NCBI GenBank assembly: GCA_964503115.1
Contig: CAZDAF010000001.1
Span: 1 to 44,122, forward strand
DNA length: 44,122 nt
Origin: an uncultured bacterium
GTDB taxonomy: Bacteria > RBG-13-61-14 > CAYWKU01
Direction: 5' to 3'
The position numbers and the translations under genes are program-made. The notes under the pieces were generated by a model that did no database searches, was not told the origin of the DNA, and saw only the letters and a list, made by a program, of their open reading frames with translations. Shown here piece by piece: positions 1 to 8,594 of this stretch. Numbering within the stretch: the first letter of the stretch is position 1; every line of letters starts with the position of its first letter.

Positions 1-86
1 TTCACTGAAATGATCCGAGTAAGCGTAACTTCCAGAGATAGAGCGGAGATTGAAATTAGAAATATGCCCAAATAAATTCGCTTCAT
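1..86 (-). CDS. Partial CDS (N-terminus only) of a predicted membrane protein that continues past the left edge
   Basis: The reverse strand reads ATG (84-86) and then MKRIYLGIFLISISALSLEVTLTRIISV, a hydrophobic helix. An AAGGG lies about 7 nt upstream. It is too short to appear in the ORF track. No family is assigned. Confidence 0.35.
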   Translation of the reverse strand, partial: MKRIYLGIFLISISALSLEVTLTRIISV

Positions 87-124
87 TCAAATACCCTTCA
101 GTCGGTAAATAATAACAACTGGAA

Positions 125-430
125 TTATGCGGCAAGCCGCCCTTTCAGACAATTATAAGCCGCATCTGCGGTTTGGCAAACTTGATCAAGCGTCATTTCA
201 CCCGCCAGATAAGTCATAAGCGTTTTTTCTGCAATAACTAACGGGAAAAAACAGAGGCATTGATCCCTCTCAGAAATTTCACGAAGCATAAGCACACTCG
301 CATCAGAAATAATCTTCGGTCCCTTGAAATCGATCATAATCAAGCGGTTAATTTCCGGCTTGATCACCCCTTTTTCAGCTTCACCGGCATCATGCATCGT
401 ATTTTCTCCCGAACATCGCGTTTTATTCAA
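125..430 (-). CDS. Hypothetical 101-aa protein
   Basis: Open frame lying 38 nt upstream of the left-edge membrane-protein start on the same strand. I recognise no confident motif. The segment IDFKGPKIISDASVLMLREI only loosely resembles STAS or transposase N-terminal segments. Confidence 0.35.
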   Translation of the reverse strand: MNKTRCSGENTMHDAGEAEKGVIKPEINRLIMIDFKGPKIISDASVLMLREISERDQCLCFFPLVIAEKTLMTYLAGEMTLDQVCQTADAAYNCLKGRLAA

Positions 431-571
431 TTATGTCAGCATGGTACCGTCAGGCCAAGTTTATTTTTCGGTTTTTTACCGCACAATCTAGGATTGATCA
501 TAACCTTATCTACACTGTATTGCCAAGTATGCGTATGCAGGTTACTGCGAAATGTGGCGCCCGTATGTGCT

Positions 572-595
572 GACAATGGGCTTAAGCCCATTGTC
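572..595. repeat. Perfect 24-bp palindrome GACAATGGGCTT/AAGCCCATTGTC in an intergenic region
   Basis: Read directly from the sequence: the two 12-nt half-sites are exact reverse complements. No T-tract follows on either strand, so it is not a classical terminator. It sits between the divergent ORF 125-430 (-) and the gene at 759 (+). Confidence 0.9.
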
Positions 596-758
596 TATAG
601 ACTGTCCATGCGGAGGCGGCGTTACGTAGCGCCGGCGCTCTTGCCGGTATTTTGACGTTTTATTCCATGATGTGGTAAAGTAACAGACCGTTGAATGTGG
701 CGGAAAAATGAAAACCTAACCCCATAATTAAATCCACGTTGCAATGCAGGAGGTAAGA

Positions 759-1598
759 ATGCAAAACAAGCTTACACAAATGCTTGGGATCGAATACCCG
801 ATAATTCAGGGCGGGATGATGCATATAGCAGGCGCCGAACTGGTGGCGGCCGTATCAAACGCCGGTGGTCTGGGCACACTCGGCCAGCGTGTTAACGTCG
901 ATGACTGGCACGAGCAAATCAAGAAGACGAAGGAGTCGACCGAAAAGCCCTATGCCGTAAACCTGCCCATGCATGTGAACGAACTCGAAAAGAGAATCAA
1001 CATAATCATAGATGAAAGGGTACCGGTAGTGGTCACGGCAGCGGGGAACCCGGCGAGCGTCATGGAGACTTTGAGAGCGGCGGGTATGAAGATCATGCAT
1101 GTGGTGGCGTCCATCGATCAGGCCCGGAAGGTGGGAGATCTGGGGGTGGATGCTATTGTTGCGGAGGGTGGAGAGAGCGGTGGTATGGTGGCCAGGGATC
1201 GGGTGTCGACTACGGTGCTGGTTCCTGCGGCGGTGAATGCGGTGAAGGCGCCGGTGGTGGCTGCGGGTGGGATCGCGGATGCGAGGGGACTCATCGCCGC
1301 GATGGCGTTCGGTGCGCAGGGCGTGCAGATGGGCACCAGGTTTATTGCCACGCCGGAATGCGATGCCAATGAAGAGTGGAAAAACGCTATTATCAAGGCT
1401 AGAGACACCGACACTCTGGTGGTGCCGAGAGGACCGGCTCAAGGACGAATGCTGAAGGAAGAAATACTGCCGGGAGTGATGGCGGGAGTTGTTGTGGGCA
1501 TGATAAACAAGATCGAAAACGTGAAGGAAATTATCGATAATATGGTGAAAGAGGTGGAACCGGCACTCAAAAACATCGAGGAGCAGTTACGGAAATAA
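759..1598 (+). CDS. NAD(P)H-dependent flavin oxidoreductase, nitronate monooxygenase / FabK-like enoyl-ACP reductase II family
   Basis: Motifs IEYPIIQGGM, VSNAGGLGTLG, IVAEGGESGGM, VVAAGGIADARG and GVQMGTRF are typical of the NMO/FabK TIM-barrel family. An AGGAGG at 748-753 sits 5 nt before the ATG at 759, so the track start at 744 is probably too early. Confidence 0.85.
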   Translation: MQNKLTQMLGIEYPIIQGGMMHIAGAELVAAVSNAGGLGTLGQRVNVDDWHEQIKKTKESTEKPYAVNLPMHVNELEKRINIIIDERVPVVVTAAGNPASVMETLRAAGMKIMHVVASIDQARKVGDLGVDAIVAEGGESGGMVARDRVSTTVLVPAAVNAVKAPVVAAGGIADARGLIAAMAFGAQGVQMGTRFIATPECDANEEWKNAIIKARDTDTLVVPRGPAQGRMLKEEILPGVMAGVVVGMINKIENVKEIIDNMVKEVEPALKNIEEQLRK

Positions 1599-1638
1599 TA
1601 TACATAAACTCGAATACTGTCGAATGAAAGGGAAAAAT

Positions 1639-2661
1639 ATGAAAGCCGCTTTTGTTAAGCCCGGGGCCGATTTGGAGGTGTCCGAATGCCCGACCCCCGA
1701 ACCCGGTCGGGGGGAAGTGGTCGTCAAAATAGCTTACTGCGGAATCTGCGGCTCGGATATCCATTTGTTGGAAGCGGGTGTGCTGCCGGCAGGGAGTATT
1801 ATCGGTCATGAACAGTCGGGCCATGTCGAGACAATCGGCGACGGTGTGGAGGACTGGAACGAGGGAGACCCGGCGGTGGTCATCCCCTATAATCCCTGTT
1901 TATCCTGCGAACCGTGCAGAAACGGACATGTCCAGCTTTGCAATGACGCGGGTAAGCGCAGCTATGGGCTGGGAGCAAACCCCGGCGGGTTCGGACAATA
2001 CATGCTGGTAAAGTCATCGATGCTGTTCAGGGTTCCGGAAGGGTTGGATATGAAGACGGCCGCGTTGACCGAGCCGTGGGCAGTGGCGGTGCACGGAGTT
2101 AACATGCTGGATTCTAAAATCGGTTCTGTCGGACTGATAATGGGGGCGGGGCCGATTGGCTTGCTGTGTATTTACGCGCTGAAAATGGCGGGCGCGGCAG
2201 GTATTTATGTTTCCGAGCCGGATAAATACCGCGCGGATAAAGCCGAGGCGGCGGGAGCGGATGCGGTTATTGATCCGACGGCTAACGATCCCGGTATTGC
2301 GATCCGGCAAATGGCCGGGCGCGCGCCGGATTATGTAATCGACTGCGCCGGTACCGAATCTTCAACGCAAAGCGCCGCTTCAATCGTAGGCACACGCGGG
2401 CAGGTGCTGGTGCTGGGAGTCCATTTAGGCAGCGCGAACCTGATACCTCCCGTGTGCATTATGAAAGAAGTCCAACTCAATTTCGGTTTCGGGTACAATT
2501 TTCGCGAATTCGCCGACAGTCTTAAGCTTTTAGCCAGAGGGGCCGTCGATCCCGAAATAATTATCAGCGACGTGATACCGCTCGGCGAGATCGACGGAGC
2601 CTTCAAATCGTTAAAGGAAACGGGACATTCAAAAATCCTGATTGATTGCCAGGATGTATAG
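1639..2661 (+). CDS. Zinc-dependent alcohol/polyol dehydrogenase (MDR superfamily)
   Basis: Contains CGICGSDIH, GHEQSGHV (catalytic Zn), CLSCEPCRNGHVQLC (structural Zn) and a GAGPIGLL Rossmann motif. Start chosen at the ATG at 1639 (MKAAFV), after AAAGGGA. Confidence 0.85.
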   Translation: MKAAFVKPGADLEVSECPTPEPGRGEVVVKIAYCGICGSDIHLLEAGVLPAGSIIGHEQSGHVETIGDGVEDWNEGDPAVVIPYNPCLSCEPCRNGHVQLCNDAGKRSYGLGANPGGFGQYMLVKSSMLFRVPEGLDMKTAALTEPWAVAVHGVNMLDSKIGSVGLIMGAGPIGLLCIYALKMAGAAGIYVSEPDKYRADKAEAAGADAVIDPTANDPGIAIRQMAGRAPDYVIDCAGTESSTQSAASIVGTRGQVLVLGVHLGSANLIPPVCIMKEVQLNFGFGYNFREFADSLKLLARGAVDPEIIISDVIPLGEIDGAFKSLKETGHSKILIDCQDV

Positions 2662-2699
2662 CTGAATTTTTACTGCCAAATAAAGGGAGAAATAAAACC

Positions 2700-4325
2700 A
2701 TGAGAAAGGATTTTCGATTACTCGGTTTGATTGCGGTTTTTGTGACGTTGTGGATATCGGCGGCGTTTGCGGAGGAAGTGTGCCGGGTGCCGATACGCAC
2801 CACTGAAGGGCCGGTGATCGGCATGGAAGTTGAGGGACTGGAAGTTTGCGCCTATAAGGGCATTCCATACGCCGCTCCGCCGGTGGGAAAGCGCCGCTGG
2901 CGCTCGCCCGAGCGCGCTCCTCAACGATCCGAAGTTTTTGAGGCGACCGATTTCGGGCCGGAATGCAGCCAGGTAGGTATGGGCGTTCCGTTTTTCGCCA
3001 AGGGAGGTTATAAACCCGAGCAGAGCGAGGACTGCCTGCATATCAACATCTGGAGGACGAAAAAAAGCAAGTTATTGCCGGTAATGGTATGGATTCACGG
3101 CGGCGGATTGACCGCCGGATCGGGAAGCGAGCCCATGTACAACGGCGACAAGCTTGCGGCCCAAAAGGGCGTGCTGGTAGTAAGCTTCAACTACCGGCTT
3201 GCCGCTTTCGGATTTTTGGCTCACCGCGATCTGTCGAAAGAAAACCCTCGCGGCAGTTCCGGCAACTACGGCCTGCTCGACCAGATCGCTGCGCTCGCAT
3301 GGATCAGGGAGAACATCATAGCGTTCGGCGGCGACCCGAACAACGTCACGATATTCGGCGAATCCGCCGGAGGTTGGAGCGTCTGCAATCTGCTGGCCTC
3401 GCCGCTTGCGAGGGGGCTTTTTAATCAAGCTATCATTCAAAGCGGCGGATGCGATACCACGTTGACCATGGAAAAAGGGTTTGCCGATGGAGACGAATTC
3501 GCCGAACAACTCGGTTGCTCGGCCGAAGAAGTTCTCTCATGCATGCGCTCAAAACCGGCGGATAAAATCGTCAAAATCGTGGGCAATCGATGGGAAGATA
3601 TGGACAACATCGGCTTGAAACACTTGGATAACGTCTGGGCGCCGCACGAAGACGGCTGGGTGTTGAATGAAACTCCGATCAAAGCCTTGAAAAGTGGCAG
3701 ATACAACAAGGTACCGTTAATGGTCGGAACGAATCGATTTGAAGGCAAACTGTTTGCACTCAACACCAGCTATTTCTACAGAATGACGAGAAAATCAAAG
3801 GTAAAAAAAGCGTTAAGAAAATCTCTCGGAGAAACATTGTTGCCGCTCTTTGAAAAACTTTACCCATACCGAAAATACAGCCGCTCGATTGAGGCATTGA
3901 TTGATGCGAAAGGCGATCTGGTGCTGGGGTGCAAGTGCTTCGATGCGGCAGAGGCTTCCGCCGATCACCGGCCGACTTACTATTATCGCTTCGATTACGA
4001 CGATCATCGTTTATCCAACCTGTTGGACGCCGCTCACGGTTTGGAAATCCCATTCATTTTCGACGGTCTTGATCGCCCATACGTCAAGTCGCTATATTCG
4101 GGCGGACAGAGGAAACGGGCGCGGCCGTTGGTAAACGCCATGATGAGCTATTGGACGAACTTTGCCGTAAACGCCGACCCCAACGGACCGAATCTGTTGA
4201 AATGGCCCGTCTACGACCGGGCCGAAAGGAAACGAATGATCCTCGACTTGCCTCAGCGCGTCGAGCAGACGGATATAGTCGAAAAGTGCGAATTCTGGAA
4301 AACGCATGGCCCCAATATCAAATAG
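2700..4325 (+). CDS. Secreted type-B carboxylesterase (para-nitrobenzyl esterase-like)
   Basis: Signal peptide MRKDFRLLGLIAVFVTLWISAAFA. Motifs EDCLHINIW, WIHGGG and the GESAGG nucleophile elbow. AGGGAGA lies upstream of the ATG at 2700. Confidence 0.85.
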   Translation: MRKDFRLLGLIAVFVTLWISAAFAEEVCRVPIRTTEGPVIGMEVEGLEVCAYKGIPYAAPPVGKRRWRSPERAPQRSEVFEATDFGPECSQVGMGVPFFAKGGYKPEQSEDCLHINIWRTKKSKLLPVMVWIHGGGLTAGSGSEPMYNGDKLAAQKGVLVVSFNYRLAAFGFLAHRDLSKENPRGSSGNYGLLDQIAALAWIRENIIAFGGDPNNVTIFGESAGGWSVCNLLASPLARGLFNQAIIQSGGCDTTLTMEKGFADGDEFAEQLGCSAEEVLSCMRSKPADKIVKIVGNRWEDMDNIGLKHLDNVWAPHEDGWVLNETPIKALKSGRYNKVPLMVGTNRFEGKLFALNTSYFYRMTRKSKVKKALRKSLGETLLPLFEKLYPYRKYSRSIEALIDAKGDLVLGCKCFDAAEASADHRPTYYYRFDYDDHRLSNLLDAAHGLEIPFIFDGLDRPYVKSLYSGGQRKRARPLVNAMMSYWTNFAVNADPNGPNLLKWPVYDRAERKRMILDLPQRVEQTDIVEKCEFWKTHGPNIK

Positions 4326-4438
4326 AAATATTGATCGTCGAGCCTTCAAACACTGATGGGTTCATGTTTACCGGCATTAATGTTGCGTATTTCAGGCACG
4401 CCGGTTCAAAGCTTATACCTCTTCTTCCGGGGTGTTTC

Positions 4439-6598
4439 ATGGATGTGAAAAGGATAAGCGCAATCATTGTCTTTCTGCTTTGCCTTCCCGTCTTGAGTTT
4501 GGGCGCTTCCCCCTTGCCCGAGGTTAACCGGGGGCATTTGCCCAAACTGTTGCACAAAACGATCAAGCTCAGCGACGGCAAGATGAGTGAAGCACCGCCG
4601 GAGTCCTACGAATGGGAGTGGACCGGTGCGGTGCTTATGATCGGGCTTGCCGAAATGTTCGAGCTTACCGGCGATAAGCGTTATCTTGCCTACATAAAGA
4701 GGTGGGCGGATCATCACATCAAACGGGGATATACCCTCTCGAAAAGCGACCAGGTGGTGCCGGGGTTATTACTGATAAAATTATACCGGGCCACGTCGGA
4801 GTCGCGTTACATCGATCATGCCGAGCGTATAGGCCGCTATGTTACCGAAGAAGCTTTACGCACCAACGACGGAGGGCTGGTGCATTTCGGGCCGATGGGC
4901 GGCAAGTCCATGTGGATCGACAGCCTGTTTATGCTGTGCCCGTTCCTGGTCGAACTCGCCAAAATCACCGGCGAGGAAAAGTATCTGGACGAAGCGGTGA
5001 AGCAATCCCTCATCATGTACGGTCATCTCCAGGATCCCCAAACCGGGTTGTGCAAGCATTACTGGGATGAAACAAAAAACAAGACGAACACCGACCATTG
5101 GCTGAGAGGAAACGCATGGGCGCTGGCCGCTAATGCGATATTGCTGGAAGCGCTGCCGAACAACTACGACGCGGAGTCTCGCGCGCGACTGCTCGAACAT
5201 TTCCGAAAGCATGTCCACGGCATCGCAACCGGGCAGGACGAAAGCGGCTTGTGGCACACCGTTCTCGACAATCGCGAAACCTACCTTGAAAGCTCGGGCA
5301 CGGCGCTTGTCGCATTTGCGATTTTCAAGGCTGTGGACGCCGGTCTTATCGATCCCGCTTATTTGCGGCATGCGCGCCGGGCACTGCGCGGGCTGATGGA
5401 TTACGTGCGCATCCATCCGGACGGATTTTGCACCATTGACGACGTCAGCCTTGGCACCCGACCCGGCAATGCCGCATATTACAACCAGGTCACACGGGCC
5501 GAAAACGTGCCCTATGGAGTGGGCGCATTCGCAATGGCCGTCGGGGCGTATTGCAATAACGAGCGTTACGAATACGATCCGGCGACAATGCGTGTCGAGG
5601 ACGGCTGGGAAGAATTGCGATGGGGTCGAATCGACAAAGCCCAAAAAGCTATGATCGAGGCTCTTGAACTCGATCCGAATAGCGTGCCGGCGCACTTCGG
5701 CGCAGGTTTTGTAATTTTCGCAGATACGTTAACAACGCTTATTGAAGCGGTGACCGACATGTCGGTGGAGGCGAGAGGGGTGACACCTCCAAAGCTTCAG
5801 CGGCGTATGGTAGAAGAATTTGCGCCGGCTTTCGGCAAAGTCTCCGGGCACTTCGGCAAGGTGGAAGCGGACGAAAAATTCACGCAGGTTACCGAGAGGC
5901 TGATATTTTTGGGCGGCACGTCGTTCGGCTATATCCAATGGGACGTTGCCGAGGTTTATATGCTTGACGCCGTCGCCGGGTTTCTCGAGGCGGCGTTCTA
6001 CTTTATCGGCTCATACGACATAGACGGCCCGCCGGTGCTTATCGTTCGCAGGAAATTCGGCAAGATCGTTCGCGACAAATCATATCCGCATTTTTTAACC
6101 CTTAACGATAAGTCCGGCGAATTGCTGCCCAAGTCGCGGGCCGCGCTGGCCAAGTGTTTTTCCAAAATCAAGGCCATGGTCGAGAATCTCGAGCGACGCG
6201 AAAAGAACTATCCGGGCCGACTTATTACCCTTGACCTGCTCAGGTTGCGCGGCACGTTAAGCATCCCCGGAGTTGTCGAGCCGCAACCGCCCACGGCGCT
6301 TGTGTCGAAGAACATAATCATCCGGGAGCTACTGAAGTTCGTCGGCAGGAACGTCCCCGAGAAACTCCCCGGCTGGATGGAAAAAGCCCGTTATTCCCTG
6401 CTTGAGAACCGAACGGTCCCGATAACAAAAAAAATCGGTATAAACCTCGCAGTACCGTTTGACAACCCGAAAGACCTGCGTGACCTATTCCCCAAACACA
6501 AACCGGACGGCTCGGGCGCCTACCCCGACCCGACCCTCGGAGGATTGCTGCCGGGCATGACAAATAAAACATTGAACCGGTTAATGAATCTGTTATAA
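4439..6598 (+). CDS. Secreted GH105/GH88-like unsaturated (rhamno)galacturonyl/glucuronyl hydrolase domain fused to an uncharacterised C-terminal region of about 350 aa
   Basis: Signal peptide MDVKRISAIIVFLLCLPVLSLGA. The N-terminal half has WEWTGAVLMIGL, DSLFMLCPFLVEL and WLRGNAWALAA, typical of the YteR/UGL (alpha/alpha)6 fold. The C-terminal half has one TPR-like stretch (AQKAMIEALELDPNSVPAHFG) and is otherwise unrecognised. The track ORF begins at 4151 but overlaps the esterase gene there. Confidence 0.7.
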   Translation: MDVKRISAIIVFLLCLPVLSLGASPLPEVNRGHLPKLLHKTIKLSDGKMSEAPPESYEWEWTGAVLMIGLAEMFELTGDKRYLAYIKRWADHHIKRGYTLSKSDQVVPGLLLIKLYRATSESRYIDHAERIGRYVTEEALRTNDGGLVHFGPMGGKSMWIDSLFMLCPFLVELAKITGEEKYLDEAVKQSLIMYGHLQDPQTGLCKHYWDETKNKTNTDHWLRGNAWALAANAILLEALPNNYDAESRARLLEHFRKHVHGIATGQDESGLWHTVLDNRETYLESSGTALVAFAIFKAVDAGLIDPAYLRHARRALRGLMDYVRIHPDGFCTIDDVSLGTRPGNAAYYNQVTRAENVPYGVGAFAMAVGAYCNNERYEYDPATMRVEDGWEELRWGRIDKAQKAMIEALELDPNSVPAHFGAGFVIFADTLTTLIEAVTDMSVEARGVTPPKLQRRMVEEFAPAFGKVSGHFGKVEADEKFTQVTERLIFLGGTSFGYIQWDVAEVYMLDAVAGFLEAAFYFIGSYDIDGPPVLIVRRKFGKIVRDKSYPHFLTLNDKSGELLPKSRAALAKCFSKIKAMVENLERREKNYPGRLITLDLLRLRGTLSIPGVVEPQPPTALVSKNIIIRELLKFVGRNVPEKLPGWMEKARYSLLENRTVPITKKIGINLAVPFDNPKDLRDLFPKHKPDGSGAYPDPTLGGLLPGMTNKTLNRLMNLL

Positions 6599-6655
6599 TC
6601 GGCAATTCTTCATAAAACGGGGTAGCACATCCATGAGAATGGCCGTGAATAATCT

Positions 6656-7741
6656 CTATTCGAAATGCAGCGCTCTCTCGAAATCGCTTGGATTTGTTGC
6701 AGCGGCCTTTGCGACATCAAGTTCAATTTGTCCGGCCTTGTAGAGTTCGGAGAGATGCTGATCAAAACCGACCATGCCGTACTGGTCGCGGCCGCTTTCG
6801 ATGAATTGTTTCATCTCGCTGATCTTTTCGGGGTCGCGTATACATTCCCGAACAGATAGGGTGGTTCTCATGATTTCAAGGGCGACCACCCGCCGGCTGC
6901 TACCGCCCTTGCAAGGCAAAAGCCGCTGGCTGACGGAAGCGCGAAGTGTGTCGGCAAGCCTGAGTCGAACCATGTTCTGCTCGTCGGCGGGAAAAACGCT
7001 CATCAGGCGGTTAACGGTTTTGGGAGCGTCCTGGGTGTGAACGGTGCTTAAAACCAGGTGACCGGTTTCCGCAGCTTTTAGGGCAATATCTATGGTTTCA
7101 TAATCGCGCATTTCCCCAAGAAGTATGACGTCCGGGTCTTCGCGCAAGGCACTGCGCAGGGCTGTGGAAAAACTTTCGGTGTCGGCGCCGATTTCCCGTT
7201 GACTTATGCTCGACTTTGCATCTTTGTGTAAAAACTCTATGGGATCCTCGATAGTCAATATGTGCCGAGTGAATTTGTTGTTTATGTATCCTATCATTGC
7301 AGCCAGTGTCGAGCTTTTTCCGCTTCCCGTAACTCCGGTGACCAGTATAAGTCCGCGTTCTTCTTCGCAAATATTGGCCAGAACCGGCGGCAGGCCCAGA
7401 TCCTCAAAGCTGGGTATACCATAAGGTATTACGCGTAATATACATTCCAACGTGCCGCGCTGCTTGAATATATTGACGCGAAATCTTCCAACGTCACGGA
7501 TTGAATATGAACCGTCGTATTCCTTTAATGTGCCGATCTGTTCCCTGGCCTGTTCATTGGCAATGAGCAGAATGGCCGCGTTGCGGGTATCTTCGGGCAT
7601 CATACGGGGGGCTTTGACCTCCTTGAGGTCACCACCCATTCTGAAGACCGGCGGAGCGCCTACTTTAAGGTGTATGTCCGATGCTCCGGCCTTGACCGCC
7701 GCCGCCAGCAACTGGTCGAGAAATTTCTGGTCCACCTTCAT
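6656..7741 (-). CDS. pilT: Type IV pilus retraction ATPase PilT
   Basis: Contains ASDIHL, Walker A GVTGSGKSST, LGEMRD, the TGHLVLSTVHT His box and a PilT-typical C-terminus. GGAGG lies upstream of the start. Confidence 0.9.
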   Translation of the reverse strand: MKVDQKFLDQLLAAAVKAGASDIHLKVGAPPVFRMGGDLKEVKAPRMMPEDTRNAAILLIANEQAREQIGTLKEYDGSYSIRDVGRFRVNIFKQRGTLECILRVIPYGIPSFEDLGLPPVLANICEEERGLILVTGVTGSGKSSTLAAMIGYINNKFTRHILTIEDPIEFLHKDAKSSISQREIGADTESFSTALRSALREDPDVILLGEMRDYETIDIALKAAETGHLVLSTVHTQDAPKTVNRLMSVFPADEQNMVRLRLADTLRASVSQRLLPCKGGSSRRVVALEIMRTTLSVRECIRDPEKISEMKQFIESGRDQYGMVGFDQHLSELYKAGQIELDVAKAAATNPSDFERALHFE

Positions 7742-7818
7742 AACCTCCCACGTCCGAGAAATGGAATATTAAAAGAAATTATATCCGTATGAACACGGCA
7801 TACCGTGCCCATACTTAA

Positions 7819-8316
7819 TTAAAATACACCATCTGCCGAAATGCCGTGCCGGTGCAACGCGCCGGACGTTTTCCGCAGCCTTTCCGACAGCACCCGGCAG
7901 AAACTTCTGTATATTTTCAAAGCCAGGCTTTCGTTTTGAGTAAGAAGTTCTTCGAACTCGGTACGATGGATAACGACCAGTTCCATGTCGGTTTGGGCCA
8001 CCACGTTTGCGCTGGTCAACGAGTCCTCGATAAGGCTCATCTCTCCGAACATTTCCCCATGATCGAGTATGGCCAACTTTTCGCCGGTGTCCTTCTCGCC
8101 TTTGTATACTCTCGCCTGGCCTTCTTTGATGAGATACAGCGCTTGGCCGACGGAATTTTCTTCTATTACCTTGTCTCCCGCCGGCCTGTGTTCCGAATGG
8201 CAAATCTCGATAAGCGCGCCGGCTTCGTTGAAATCGAGATTTCTAAAAAGAAATATCTTCTGCAGCAGATCGGTTGCGCCGGAATCGCCTTCTTCCATAA
8301 ATTCAAACTCGACCAT
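7819..8316 (-). CDS. Stand-alone cyclic-nucleotide-binding (cNMP) domain protein with no DNA-binding domain
   Basis: Contains LFRNL...EGQARVY...FGEMSLI...SANVVA, the typical CAP/PKA-type cNMP beta-barrel. It is 165 aa with no HTH. GGGAGG lies 5 nt before the ATG. Confidence 0.8.
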   Translation of the reverse strand: MVEFEFMEEGDSGATDLLQKIFLFRNLDFNEAGALIEICHSEHRPAGDKVIEENSVGQALYLIKEGQARVYKGEKDTGEKLAILDHGEMFGEMSLIEDSLTSANVVAQTDMELVVIHRTEFEELLTQNESLALKIYRSFCRVLSERLRKTSGALHRHGISADGVF

Positions 8317-8594
8317 AAAAACCTCCCATCCAAGTCAGCCTGGCTCCAAGAAATTCCAATATTTCCCTAAATAAGTATCACTTTTGAGTGCTTTATGTCA
8401 AGTCACCGGGGGCATGCACTGTAAATGTGCAGGGAGGAGGCATTTTTATATAGTCTCAAGAGCGAAATTATTCGGTAGTTTCTTTGAAAAATTTACAATC
8501 CGCTCTTTTAATCGGCCTCTTATATCGAGAACTCGAATTCAGGGAAATGTCCGGTTTGACGGCCCGGACGCACTTTGCTATTTTTCCGATCACA

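Noticed and set aside
125-430. A possible IS1380/IS4-type transposase N-terminal remnant. The segment DFKGPKIISDASVLMLREISE loosely resembles the FDGGxLxSDxGxLLLRE motif.
   Set aside because: The similarity covers only about 20 aa. None of the three reverse frames downstream continues into recognisable transposase sequence, and I saw no terminal inverted repeats. The ORF is instead followed by an apparently intact membrane-protein start. It is kept as a hypothetical protein only.
260-655. A 131-aa + strand ORF spanning the first intergenic region and the palindrome.
   Set aside because: The translation is low in complexity and rich in Arg, Leu and Phe. It overlaps ORF 125-430 antisense, has no RBS and has no recognisable motif.
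855-1442. Long antisense or off-frame ORFs in the track. Examples are 855-1442(-), 4856-5695(-), 15031-15765(-), 17799-18590(-), 20247-20825(-), 20924-21697(-), 23208-23810(-), 25820-26571(-), 27887-28486(-), 32319-32999(-), 33348-34091(-), 35432-36187(-), 36875-37426(-), 39137-39832(-) and 40198-41196(-).
   Set aside because: Each lies opposite or out of frame to a gene with clear family motifs. Their translations are Arg/Pro/His/Ser-rich and low in complexity, as expected for shadow ORFs in GC-rich coding DNA. None has a recognisable motif or RBS.
4151-4438. 5' extensions of track ORFs: 4151 for the GH105 gene, 2646 for the esterase, 23771 for korB, 28928 for hdrCB, 39113 for thiE and 12591 for the FGE-like gene.
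   Set aside because: The extensions overlap the upstream gene's coding region and translate to non-homologous Arg-rich sequence. Internal ATGs with an RBS, a signal peptide, or stop/start overlap give family-typical N-termini.
8415-8431. The inverted repeat TGCAC-N7-GTGCA followed by GGGAGGAGG, in the divergent region between the cNMP-binding gene and the FAD oxidoreductase. I considered it as a possible CRP/FNR-like site.
   Set aside because: The 5-bp arms are short enough to occur by chance. The spacing and sequence differ from the TGTGA-N6-TCACA consensus. The adjacent cNMP protein has no DNA-binding domain, and no start codon follows the SD-like run.
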